A stretch of DNA of 64,000 nt from Amoebophrya sp. A120 (lineage: Eukaryota > Protista > Dinoflagellata), in the NCBI GenBank assembly GCA_905178155.1, contig CAJINV010000008.1, positions 2,467,207-2,531,206 of the forward strand, in the 5' to 3' direction. Positions within the stretch are counted from its first letter, which is position 1, and each line of letters begins with the position of its first letter. Shown here piece by piece: positions 11,199-23,208 of this stretch. The position numbers and the translations under genes were made by a program. The notes under the pieces are model-generated. The model saw only the letters and a list, made by a program, of their open reading frames with translations, was not told where the DNA came from and ran no database searches.

Positions 11199-12139
11199 CG
11201 CTTGTTCTTGCCCGAACAGAGTATTCTTTTTCGCCCCACCAAATAGTAGAAATCACGCACAGAGGAAACTCAAAAATGCTAAGATACAGACTGTAGAAGC
11301 CGCTATCTTGTATTCTTGCATCCAATTTCGAGATCGAAAAAAGAACAGAAGCATGGCGAAAGCAGAAAAGCAAGCGGAGAGTGCCAGGTCAGTGGGTCAT
11401 TCGGTATTTCTATTTTTCTGCTCGGTATGAAGCCGAACGTCTTCACCGGCATCAACCTACATGTAAGTACTTACACCCCATACTCGTTTGCCGAAGAGAT
11501 ACAGGTCGATCATGATCTGCGGCTCCAGCCATGTTTTTAGCTTCGCCTGCAGATACATGAACCTGTGGGCGCAAGGCGAGGGCGCGCGCTAGCAATCTTG
11601 GAATAAATACAGAGAATCAGAATGGTCTGACTTCAATTTTCAAGACATCTATGAAATTGAAACCAGCACACTTTGGAGAGTAATTGCAATGGCCGCAGAC
11701 ACAATTAACTTGCAGACGTAGTTCTCTCTCGCTCAACTAACTATGTCGCAGAAGTCAAGGAAGCAGTTTTTTTGATTCTTTCGGTTCTGCCAACATTTTG
11801 ACACGTCCATTTTGAATTCAAAGAATGATGTTGCTGTTGCAGATAATGAAACACGAACATCTGCTGGTGTCGACAGCGACGGTTCATGGTAGACCCACGT
11901 CCAACTTTGAGAGAGATTCAGAGTAGGGACAGCACTCCGCATCAAATGTTTCTTTTTCTTGTTGCTCGGGAGCATTTATTACTACTATTCGATACAAAAC
12001 TACGGAGTTTCATCTTCTGTTGACGAAGATCAACGTGACAAACTGCGCGCACGATCAGAATCGCGCCCGTTCCGAAATCGTTCGATCCCACAGCTCAGGT
12101 CCTGAAGCCTCTTGACCGGAATCCTTGGACCTAAATGCT

Positions 12140-13300
12140 TAGCGCCTAGCCTTAGGATGTTCATGATGATGATGATGAGGGTGATGGAGATGGTGAGAAT
12201 GATGAACATGATCAAGCTCATGGAAATGGTCAAAGGCAAGCCCTAGAGCTTGCAAAGATCCCGAACCTTTGTCATGTCTTTCCCTTGCCTCAGGTTTGTG
12301 GCAGCTCGCGACGCAGTGCGCAATCTCACCCAGTTAGACATTTGACAGAACTCCAGCCCTATCGGCTTAGCCTGTTGACTTGTGTCACTGTGTTCCCCAA
12401 CATCTTCTTTGAATCTGAAGTAAGTAGCTGACTCGAGTTACTCATACCACATACTGCACCAGCGACACAAAGAGCAAGCAAGTTACAATCGAGACGAAGA
12501 GCAGACACGACCACGCAAAGACTGCAGTCATGCGTGCCATGACTATTACCCACAATCCCACGTGCAACAACTTTAGGAACAACATCAACTCCCTCTGCTT
12601 TCCCGCTTCGTCTCCTCCGCAAACGGAGCTCGTCGTCTCAGGCACTTCGAGGAGCAAGATTTGACCTCCTACGAGCAGAGCAAATGCACGCATAGGCATA
12701 GCTCATCACGTCTCCCGATCCCAGAAAAGCGTCGACAACAGAGTCAAGTTGGTCACCACGACCGGGTACCATTCTCAAAGTTCTGCAGCTTCGTCAGCGA
12801 TCACAACTCCGGATCGACTAGAGTGGCACCTTTCTCAGCGGCTTCTGGCGCTTACGTTTTCGTCGACCACGCGTTCGCCAAGCCCAGCGCTCTCGGAAAG
12901 GTGAACGTTGCAGCGGTGAATAACTGAATGTACGCGTCCGTCGTCGTTGCCCGCTGCGGTCCAAGACCCAATGGGTGGCGCAAGCCGACGGCTGTCCGGA
13001 TCGCGTTTGCATCTGCCCACGAACGAGTTCTGCTGCCGAAGATACAGCATCGAGTTTCTGCAAAACTCATTCCCCGCAGCTTGGTAGGCGGTGTAGAAAA
13101 ATGACGGACCCAGTTCCGCAATTATGCCGCTTGTCCTCGCAATTGCAATCTCGCGAGTTCCGCTTCACTTTCCTTTTGATCCGAATCCTTCGTATTCGTG
13201 CTTCGTGAACTTTTCGTTTTAGCTGTAGTCTTGATTTCCGCCACACTTTGGGCGTCATCGTGAACATTCACCGTGTCGGAGTCATCGTCAGATTTATTTG
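12140..13300 (-). CDS. Possible multi-exon hypothetical gene with His-rich C-terminus
   Basis: Charged ORF segment DDAQSVAEIKTTAK...ESEAELARLQLR at about 13130-13290, and a minus-strand frame reading DHFHELDHVHHSHHLHHPHHHHHEHPKARR* at about 12140-12240. Exon structure unresolved. Confidence 0.3.
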
Positions 13301-13785
13301 GCCAAAATCGTGCCAAGCGTGTTTGAAATACTGCTTTGCCATTACTTGTTACAGGCCAGAAAGACAAAGCAGACGCTTGGACTGGTGGCGCATCATATCC
13401 GTTTCTTGGCCTTTCCGTTGTTCTTTCATTTACCGTATATCTGCTTTCAAAGCTCTTTCGTCCTCTCTCTTTTCGTTTACATGTGCCTCTCTCTGTCTCT
13501 CCTGGTCCTGAGGAAGGACGCACGACTCTTGAAATGATGGTCTTGAACACCAAAGCTTGTGAATTATCTTAATAAAGAGAGAGTCAAATCCTCCGCGCGC
13601 AGATCGTAGCGGGGTTTCATTTTGTGTCGTCCTCTCCTGTGAAGATGGTGCTGTGGGAGACATTCATATAATTCATTCATGCGTGAGCTTTGCCTTGGTT
13701 GAGATAACAAACACCACGATAGGGGCTATTGAAATTGCGTCGCCTCGCAATTCGCAGTAGAAGTAGAATTCATTCCTTCGGTTTT

Positions 13786-14516
13786 TCATCTCTTGTAACC
13801 TTTACCCTTTCCTTTCCCACCCTTCCATGCGCCTCCACCTTTGCGATATCGCTTTCTCTTCGGCTTTTTCGTCTTGTCCTTTATTGCTGTGGAAAATAGT
13901 TGGATTTTCGCATTGCTGACAGGTTGAAAACCAAGAAATCAGGATCATCCGCCACAGTAGGTTCTTCACGCATAGGAAAGCGAAAGAGTACCATCGAAAT
14001 CGAACTGTGAGCTCTAGTATGTAAGAATAGAAGCATCCGCGTCAACCAACATTTCAAACAAAAAATACAGTCATCCAGCAGCTTCTTGTCCAAATCGATG
14101 TGCTCCGGAAGAAAAATATAGCGAATATTTGGCCCTCGAACTGTCAGGTGGTCGATCCTCACTGGAATTCTTCTCTTCACTATCATTGTCACTTGCTTCA
14201 GATGCGTGTTCATCGAGGTGTCGCAGCCTGCATTTCGATTGCGATTCGTCGTTTTCTTTTCATTCATTACAACAGCATGGCCACCATATGAAGAGACAGA
14301 CAAGGGATGCTTTTTCGATTTTTTCATTTCCTTGATGAAAAATTAAATTGGTACGGCAAGAAAGACAAAGTAAAAGTTGTAGCTACTAGCGTACTTCAAA
14401 AATGATTTCATAACCCTCAGCTCACCTGTCATTGTCCCTTGAATTACTGTTCCGTTTTTCATCTCCACCTGGACCACCTCATTGTTCAGCTTCATCAAAA
14501 ACTGAACCAACTTCAT
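13786..14516 (-). CDS. SNRPD1: Small nuclear ribonucleoprotein Sm D1 (3 exons: 14516-14426, 14227-14069, 13886-13786; 116 aa)
   Basis: Splices through two GT-AG introns to MKLVQFLMKLNNEVVQVEMKNGTVIQGTMTGCDTSMNTHLKQVTMIVKRRIPVRIDHLTVRGPNIRYIFLPEHIDLDKKLLDDSIKDKTKKPKRKRYRKGGGAWKGGKGKGKGYKR*, which matches the SmD1 Sm1/Sm2 motifs. Confidence 0.93.
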
Positions 14517-16620
14517 CGTGCATTTCGGGGATGTGCTTCTCTTCGCTCTTGTCGCCAGGAAAAAGCGCAGCTATATTGGGTGCTGACGTGAGTTGTCAAC
14601 TACAGGCTCTGGTGTCGCGATGATTGGCTCGATGAGTATGTCATTAAAAACGGTTCCGGCGGACGCAAATGAAGTTGCGCTGCTGCTGCTGCCTCTGTAC
14701 CGCAGGAAGTGGAGGTGGAAGAGACACTGCTAGTACTGCGGGGTGAGAAATATGCTGGCTGATGCTTTTGAAAAATATGTTGCTTGTCGCCTAAAAATGG
14801 GAAAAATTGAAAGGAGAATCAATCTACAGGCAGTTCGTCGTCGTCCAAAATGATATCCAGACAAGCAGGAGTCGATGAAACCTATCACGATCTTGGGACT
14901 AAAATTAAGCCTCAAAGCTTTGTTTTTCCTCGTCCCTGTCATATGCTGTTCTTGGCCAGTGCGTTCCATCACAATCATCGTTGTAACCACAAGAGAAATA
15001 AAGATCGCATGAATAGCAAGCGACGCAGGTATTTACTAGGTCACGGAATATGGAGATCCAGATCGTACGAATAGAGCAGAGAGGTAAAATTTCAGACTTC
15101 ACTGCACTTCTTGCCATCGCCTTCGGTTTCAACAAACTGAGCTTGATCATGAACATGATCCACCTTCGCCTTTATGTTCATAGATCCTGGACAAACTGCA
15201 GCACATCGATGAAAAAAACCAAATTTCGAAGTGGATAAATACGGCGGCTTCTTCGTTCAACATCACCCAGTTTCTTTGCATAAATTCGCTGCACGCTGCA
15301 GAAAGGTAAAAATGCCCCTAACTATGCTTTGCCTGCGCGCATGGAGATGCAGAAGATGGTGATCTCTTTTACGAACAACTTTTCATATTTTTGTAAGTGG
15401 TATGTGCCAAAGTCGAGGATCGCTACAGCAGACCACTTAGCTTAGCTGGAGCTGATATCTCAGGCACAGCATCGTCATGATCCTCATTTTGTATGCAGGA
15501 ATTGGCGAACATGCTCGCGAAGCGCAAATGCTGCCTTTGCCCTTCCAGACGTGAAGGGCTTGACGTTCGTGTCACGAGATACACCGTTCCTCTTGTTCTT
15601 TTGCTTTCGCTATGCGGATCTTATTCATCGGAAAAGCCTTCAAGAACATTGGAGTGGTTTTTGCAGTCATTTATGTTTCTGTCGATAGTCGTGACGCGCA
15701 CGCGGCAGGCGCATAAGCAGCACTTCGGCCTGTCGCCGCGCAAGGTAGTAGTACGGAAGATTCATGATCTTGATCATACAGTAGTTCAGTGCCCTTCTTC
15801 TTGCTGCCCTTTGATACATATCACTTCAACATGAGGTTCTTGGAGTCATCCTCGTAGTGACCATCCACATTTCTTTGCGTCAGCGTCTGTTGCTTGGTGC
15901 TCTTGCTATCGGTTCTTTTTTAGGTAGGTTGTATCTTCTTCGTGCAATGTGGATGCCAATGTCACTCATTTCACTTTCATGCAACACCATGAGGAAAAGA
16001 GTCAACAAATAGATGGCACGTCGTAGCTACGCTTGCAACGTCATCAATACGAATGAACTATCCAATCCCCGTAGATGACGAGGTTCTAGCCGTTCTTGTG
16101 ATCCAACTCATCTATTGATTTAGTTTTTTGCATTTTACAGTCAAAAACGGAATGAAAACTGGACATGCTAACTTGATTTGCATTTTGACAGAAACAAGTT
16201 GTTCAATTGTTATATCATAAAGGTATTGTGATGCCCATGTGATCCACTTCCACTGCCAGGTCATTTACAATTAAGTACATTGTACAGGCGAGGCGCATCC
16301 ATATGTACGCTTACCACAAAAGTCCTGCAAACTAAACCGCAGCTCGGGCTCAGCACAACACCTGTGATCGCGTCAGAATTACGGTTAGCGTGCTTGGATT
16401 GAAAATTGTAGAGCATGCTCGAAGATACTTACAAAAAAACAGCTCTACACCCTCTCATTGAAGCGGATGCACACCCAAAGTCGTTCCTACTTCGCTCCAC
16501 GTCCATATCCCTTCACAGCACTTTCTTGGCCATACTTTGCATTGCTGGAGTTCAACATCAATGGACAGGACGGATTGGGCGTTCTGGGACGAGGCAAGCA
16601 TAATTCTCACCCTGGCTACT

Positions 16621-19600
16621 TCATCCGCGGTTTTGGTTTTTCCGATTCCTCACTTTCCTTGATGCAGCGGATGCATACGGGTCTACTCCCCGTCGCAACC
16701 TGTTCCGGTAGGGACTGTAGGTCGGAGTGGGTTCACCTTTTTTTATCGCTTCAAGCAGCGGCGCATGCGTCATCTCGTCGAGGACGGAAGTACCGGTATT
16801 TGTGTCCTCCATAGAGCCTTTCCACCGTTCATGCCTACTATTGCTTCTCCTCCTTTTCGTTTGCACGGGGGCAGCTCCTGCAGCGAGGGTGTTTGAGGGA
16901 AGCGAGGTCGTGGGGAAGGATTGAGCCGGAGAAGAAAGCTCTGTGCTCGATCCTGGGTTTCGGTGTCGCGATGTTGAAACATTACCATGCGTCAAAAACG
17001 AGACTGTCCCGTCCGTGTCCTCTGCATGGGAATACGGAGCGAAGGCGCCGGGCGGCGTCGCCGGTGGGACAGGGAAACCAATCGGTTCTCGGTCCTGAAG
17101 TTGTCTCGAAAACTCAGCTATTCCCCCTGCTTGCATTAGCGGTGCTGCCGAACCACGTGCGATGTTCCCAAAATTCGAAGTAGATGCTGCAGTCGCAATT
17201 GTGCCAGCCCCTGTGGATTGATTTGGACACATCAGCACTCAATCAACAAATCAAAATCATTCTAGTATTTTATGGTAATGCGTGCCTTTGCCCATAAGTA
17301 CTTAGACTTACTAGACACAACCACAACCGCAGCCAAGCCGGTTCATCTGTTTCCTTCGGTCGTGGGTGGTCGCTTTGTTGCGTCGCAAAAATAGAAATAG
17401 AAATAGAATGACGCGTATGCTTCTCAAGGGGAGCGGAATACGATAAACAACATTTTAATTAAAGCAAAGACACGTCGAAACGAGAATATAGAAAATCGAT
17501 TCTCAAAGAACCCGTCCCTGTCGTTTCGAAACCGGCGCAACGCATCAAACAATGTACCTTGCACTTCTCCCTTGTTGCTTTCATTAGTCATCGTGCCTTC
17601 TTTATTGCCAGGTACATGCTGCAAAATTTTCTCTCGAGAAGCTGGAAGCCCGGTCGCCGCTCCCGTCTCGGATGTAGATGCACTCACGCTCTTGCCCGCG
17701 ATCGAAAGAGCGACTCCTGCCTTCCTATCGACACCGGCACAAGTGGCAGCAGTTGCAGCATCCCCAGGCGCTGCGCCCTCCGTGTCCACGGTTAGCACAT
17801 TAATATCGCTCGCACTGTAGTCGACATCCATAGGATCACCCGGCCTCTCATCCTCTGTCGTATTCGTCTCGCTTTTCTCCTCTTTCCCTGCAGTAGCACC
17901 AGACCCGCCTGCTGCACATGATAATTTGGACTTCTCATTTTCGGCGGCCTTTTTTTCCGCTCCCGGTCCAGCTGCAGACACTCCCGCTTCGGGTTTTTTG
18001 TCCGCTGTTTGTGGCTGCGCTTGTGGTTGAGCTTGATCAGGTGTTCGGCTCCGCATATTGTAAGCAAGCATCGCGGTGGTGGTACCGAGCCCGATGAGTA
18101 ACGTAGGATCCACCGTCATGGGTGTGGGCACGAAATTCCGTGCGTCTTCCTCCATTTTCCATTTCGAGCACAATTCTGACGCCCGACAAGCGGACAGCTC
18201 GGCCGCACTGCAGGTCGCGAGGCCCTCCTTGTTGTGCCGGCAATTCTCCGTGTCGGAACGCCACCAGATCCGCCCGCCGTCACTTATGAGGTCGGCCTGG
18301 GGCGGCACAGCGACTCCCTCATCTGCGTAGCTGACACCGTTCTCAAAGCGCAGTTCGTATGGAAGAAAATAAACAAGGTCGACTTCGTGTCAACGTCTAT
18401 CGGTCTTTCAATTCACTTTCACGCATCTTGCATCATCTTCTGCATGACGCAAGAAAAGGATCCGTTACCAGTGTTTACGCATCGATGCGGTAGAATTACA
18501 GCCATTCGCATTTGTGTGCGCGTTCTGCATCTACTTGTACTTACAATTAGTACACTAGTAAATTAAAAAATACTGACTACGATGCTGCTCTTGCGTCGTG
18601 TGTAAAACACGTTCGCGTATCGTAAGTTCAGTTGTTCAGTACCAGTTTTATCATGCATGATTATGTATAGCACAGCGCAAAAGCAAATACAACCCTGACG
18701 TCAGAAGGTCGGCCTGTTCATCTTTTTGCTGTCGTATATCGCGGTCTAGGTCTTGCTTCAGAGGATCGGCTTCGCCATCTGTCAGAATATTCGGCAAATA
18801 ATCTGTCCACGCAAATCTATTACTCGCAGCGGCACTACTAGCAGTATTTCGATTTTCTCCTTCACGACTTCCGTGCGACGTTTCGAGAAGGTTGTGTCGT
18901 CGCCAAAAGTCGTCGTCTAAACCGTCCAAATCGATGCCGTGTTTCTCGTAGGTATTCGTATTCCGATGTTGAAAATCAGGATTTTCACTCGGGCCGTCTG
19001 AATAAATTTCACCAGCGGTAGCATGCGAAGAATGGAGGCCAGCAACGGAGGGCCGATTTTGGCCAGCCTCAAATGACACTACATTCTCGTCGCCCGGTCC
19101 TGTCCACATTCCGGAACTTACCAATGCTCCGACACCGGCAAGGGCCAGTGCTCGGACGCCGCGATTGGAAGCAAATTTTTGGACAAATGATGGCCTCCTG
19201 CTAGTAGCAGCTGACCCTGAATCTCCGCGGCCGATGAGAGCGAGCTGATTCGCCGGGGCTAGCCTAGACTTTCTATCGGGAAGTGGCTTGTCTTCCACGA
19301 CAACTTCTTTCCGACTGGCTTTTTCTTCACCTGCTCCCACATTTCGATCGCTCTCAATATGCTCCTTCCGACCTGGAACTCCTTCCCTCGTGCTGGCTTT
19401 GGCTACCTGTGAGTTTACGACAACCTGCGCAGGCGGCTGAACTTTTAAAGCTGAGGGCATTGATTCTGCATCGGCAGCAGGCGAAGCAGCAGGAGGACTA
19501 GCTTCTGGAGAAAGAGTAGAACGCGAGGAAATGCTAGCCACCGAGGGCCTCGGAGAAGGTGAAGGCTTCCGAGAACTTGAACTTCTCCTTTTCGAAGTTT

Positions 19601-21448
19601 TAGGGCTCGTTCCAAGAAGATTTTCTTGAGTACGCGGAGGAGATGATACTGCCTCTATCACTCCAGCCCTTTCTTGCGGAGGATCAGCAGGGAGCGCTCG
19701 TCCCGCCCTGCTGCCACTCCGCCCCCGTGCTGCTCTCGCTTCACCAGTATGTGTGGGATGGTGTCCTCTAGGTGGATCGTCCTGGTATAATATCAGCGTG
19801 CTTTGCTGTTCTCCGCCTCTGCCACGACGGTTGGAACCGGTGTATCCTCGGCGGCCACCACGACTGACTTCACTCGACTGCGACATTGGTGTAAGAACCC
19901 TTGCCGTTGGTGAGAGCGAAGCTGCCCTACGAGCAGGACTTTGATCTCCTCCTGCTGGTGGTGGCGATTGTGCGGTGCTTGTCGTCTGTACCTTCTCTGT
20001 ACCACGACTTCTGCGAAGAGGTGAACGTCGGCTGCTTGTAGATGCATCTCGACGAGCATCTCGTCTCAGATCTCCATCTGTCGCAGCCGGATCCTCGCGT
20101 TTCCGTCCGCTTCCAGAGCTTGGTCTCTCGCGGTAGACAACAACAGCAGCAGTGTCTACTTCTGTGGAAAGGTGATGACCAGAAGGCACTGTGCGCGACG
20201 GCCTTAATACTTCAGCGAAGCGAGGTTCATGATGCGGCCCTTTATCACTCTCGCCGGTCTCTAACTCACGAAGAGGACGAGCTCGAACAACATTCGGAGT
20301 ATCTTCAATCTCGTCGTCCGGCGGGTCCGCCGTATTTGCATGGACCGCGTAAACATCAGCTAGATGTAGATGTGCTGCAGTTTCAGATCGCGCCTCGTCC
20401 GAGACGTCAGCGACTACGCCGTCCGTGTTCTTGGAGCTGGCCGGCATTTGCATTTCCGTACCACGTTGTGCCAAGTTGTAGCTAGCATCGGTGCTAGGAT
20501 TGGCATTCTTTTGTACAAGATGAGAACTTGCTGAGGTCCGTTCCGCTGTGGTATTCTTGTTTGCGACGTGGACGTCCTTTTGTTCGGAGCGGAAGCTGCG
20601 CGCAATCCTCTGTGTCACCTGAGACTTCGACCCTTCGTTGTGCTTCTCCCATTTTTTGAGCCACTTGGTTATGACACAAAAGCGAGTGACGATTCTACAT
20701 GTCGCACGTGAGGAATTATGCATGGAGCGCCAAAGACGAGATCGCTCTTTCGTGCAGTAGCGAATTTCGCCGCTACTTTCTTTATACATCATGCCGTGTT
20801 CCGAGTTTCACTGGCATATTAAACAAATCTCTTCATAACACAGATCTTTGTTCTGTCTCCAGAGCACGGCCACTTTCTGGTCTGCGATGCTCACGTTTTC
20901 ATTCGTATCTATGTGGTCCTCGCCCTACAACTTCATGACACAACAAATTTTTGACAGAAAAGGAGAAAGAAACTGTAACTGACACCCTTCTTTATTCGAA
21001 ATGCACACCGCAGCTAGTACTCTTTTTAAATATAATCCCTATTTGGAAATATTTTTTTCTGTGATTCCGTGATTGGGAAAGTCACTCGCTTCCGTCTCTT
21101 ATTCTTTCCTTCAGGCGTGTTCTGCAGCAATTTCCACAATTCCTGCTGGTGGTGCTCTTCAACTTCTTCGGCAGCCTCCGACGACGGTTCGTCGTCCTGT
21201 TCACCGTCCTCTGCTTGATCGGGTCCATCTCCATCGTCAACCGGACTCCCCGCAGGTCCAACGCGCACAGCGAAGGCGAAAGGCGAAATGGAAGTAGATA
21301 CTGCCGTACTAGTTTGCGATCCGCTGTGCGGCACCAAGTAATCCGGAGCGAATGTCAACCACCATAGCTGCACTTCCGATTGTGGGTTCAAGAGCGCAGC
21401 GACGTGCAGGACGAGGGCCCAAATCGGCAACTTGTGGCTCTTTCTCAT
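16621..21448 (-). CDS. Low-complexity hypothetical protein(s), multi-exon, possibly secreted or membrane-bound
   Basis: Co-oriented ORFs 21026-21448 (hydrophobic N-terminus), 18651-20792 (713 aa, Ser/Arg/Pro-rich), 17424-18308 and 16621-17238 are separated by short AT-richer gaps. Junctions are unresolved. Confidence 0.5.
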
Positions 21449-23208
21449 GTTTCTACGTAGTAGTTTCTCCGTTTTTTATTTCTAGCCGCGTACGAGGAGC
21501 CTGCAACATGAACGTCGGAACGACGCAAGCAGCCTCAGAATACAGGAGCAGATCGATGAGAAGACACCACCGTAGTAAAACCGCTGTTTCACGAAGAATA
21601 GCCTCCGGCGTTGTCCTGCTGACGTGGTGTCCGCTTGCAAGTGTCAATTTTGGAAATGAACAGGACAGGGATAACGGGCTCAGGCGCTCTTTGACCACGA
21701 CCGAGCAGGCTAAAAATGAGACTGTAGAGTCCTCAACGTAAATAAATTACTTCATCCGAACTGCAGGCGTGATGACACGGACGATCATCTTGGTTGAACT
21801 TCTAATCTTACAACTTCATTCCATTGGCTTATGCTGAATGCGACACATAAAAAATTATAAATTGATTTGAAAACTGACTCAAGAGATGATTGTACATTTA
21901 CGAACAGAAAGTCGTAAAAAGTCAGAATAATCAAGCTACACCAGAACAACAAGAGTTTCCCGTGGCAGGAATAAATCTTCAAAAAATTATATCTTACAGT
22001 GTCTAATACCTAGCAAAATTTATTGTGGGATTTTGGGACACGCCCGACAGATGACTATGTGAAATTCTTCCGCAAGAAGTCAAAAAAAAGAAGCGATGTG
22101 ATAGAAAACTCCCGTCTTCCGTCAATGCGCAGCTGCGGCAAGGAGGCTGATTTGTTTTATTAGCTGTCGATTAAAATCGGTGGTGCCAGACGAAGTATTC
22201 ACTTGAGGGCACCAAGGAAAAAAGGCAAAATCCGTTTCACTTTGCTATTCTATTTCCCGATCTATCTCGCCCTTAGTAGTATGAAGTAGAATTAGTACAT
22301 GTTCCCTACAATTGCATCAATTTCTATTGCCTGATTTTGGATCCGCACTGTTACTGTTTTCCTTTTTCTTTTTCAACATCTTTTCGTATCACCAGAACCA
22401 TCATGCTGTCCGGCTTTTCAACATCGAAATCGAAAACATTGTGCTGTATGGCCGAAACAAGTAGAGACATTGGCTATGACTATGGAGTGCGCTGGTGATT
22501 TTTGGTCGTGCCTGTCCTTTTGGCTGTTCGTTGTAGTTTAGGAGATCTGTGCTAGCCATCGGTTTTGCACCGTTAACTTGCTTCAGTCACTTAAGTTTAT
22601 TTCTGAGGTACTCGTTTTCGCACTCAGATTCAATCAGATACCATACTTATAGCACGTCAGATCATATGCACGAGCCCTCTCGGTAAAAAAGCGACTGGTG
22701 GCCTCAGCAGTTCCATCGCTTGTCAAAATTAAACAATGGAAAACTCACCTGTGCAGCCTGGACAAAAGGAAAAGTTAAACAAATTCAAATACCAAGAAAG
22801 TAGATATTATAAACTTTTTTACAAAGCCCGGCTGTACTTCTCTACTTCACTAGCACTAGAACGAGACCCATGTAAGCACTGACACGAGTCCTTTGGATAA
22901 AATTTCTGATTTTGTCGCTTAACTGAAGTTTCGTCAAAGTGTATCGTCTATGGAAATGTCGTTGTCGATCGAAGAATGGCAATGCGTTGTAATTAATTCT
23001 TGTCACTGTGCTTCTGCTTGCGCCGCACGACGATGTTTGAGATATTCGTATTGAAACCAAAGACCAAGTACGACCTATGGTTACTAAGTTGTTGCACATA
23101 CGGATAGAAAAAAACACCAGGAGTGAGAAACAGAAAGCGAGCGCTCGAGGAGCAATAAAACCCCAGCCCGCATGCGAAGAAGATAAAAGCACCCTCCACA
23201 AACCATAC

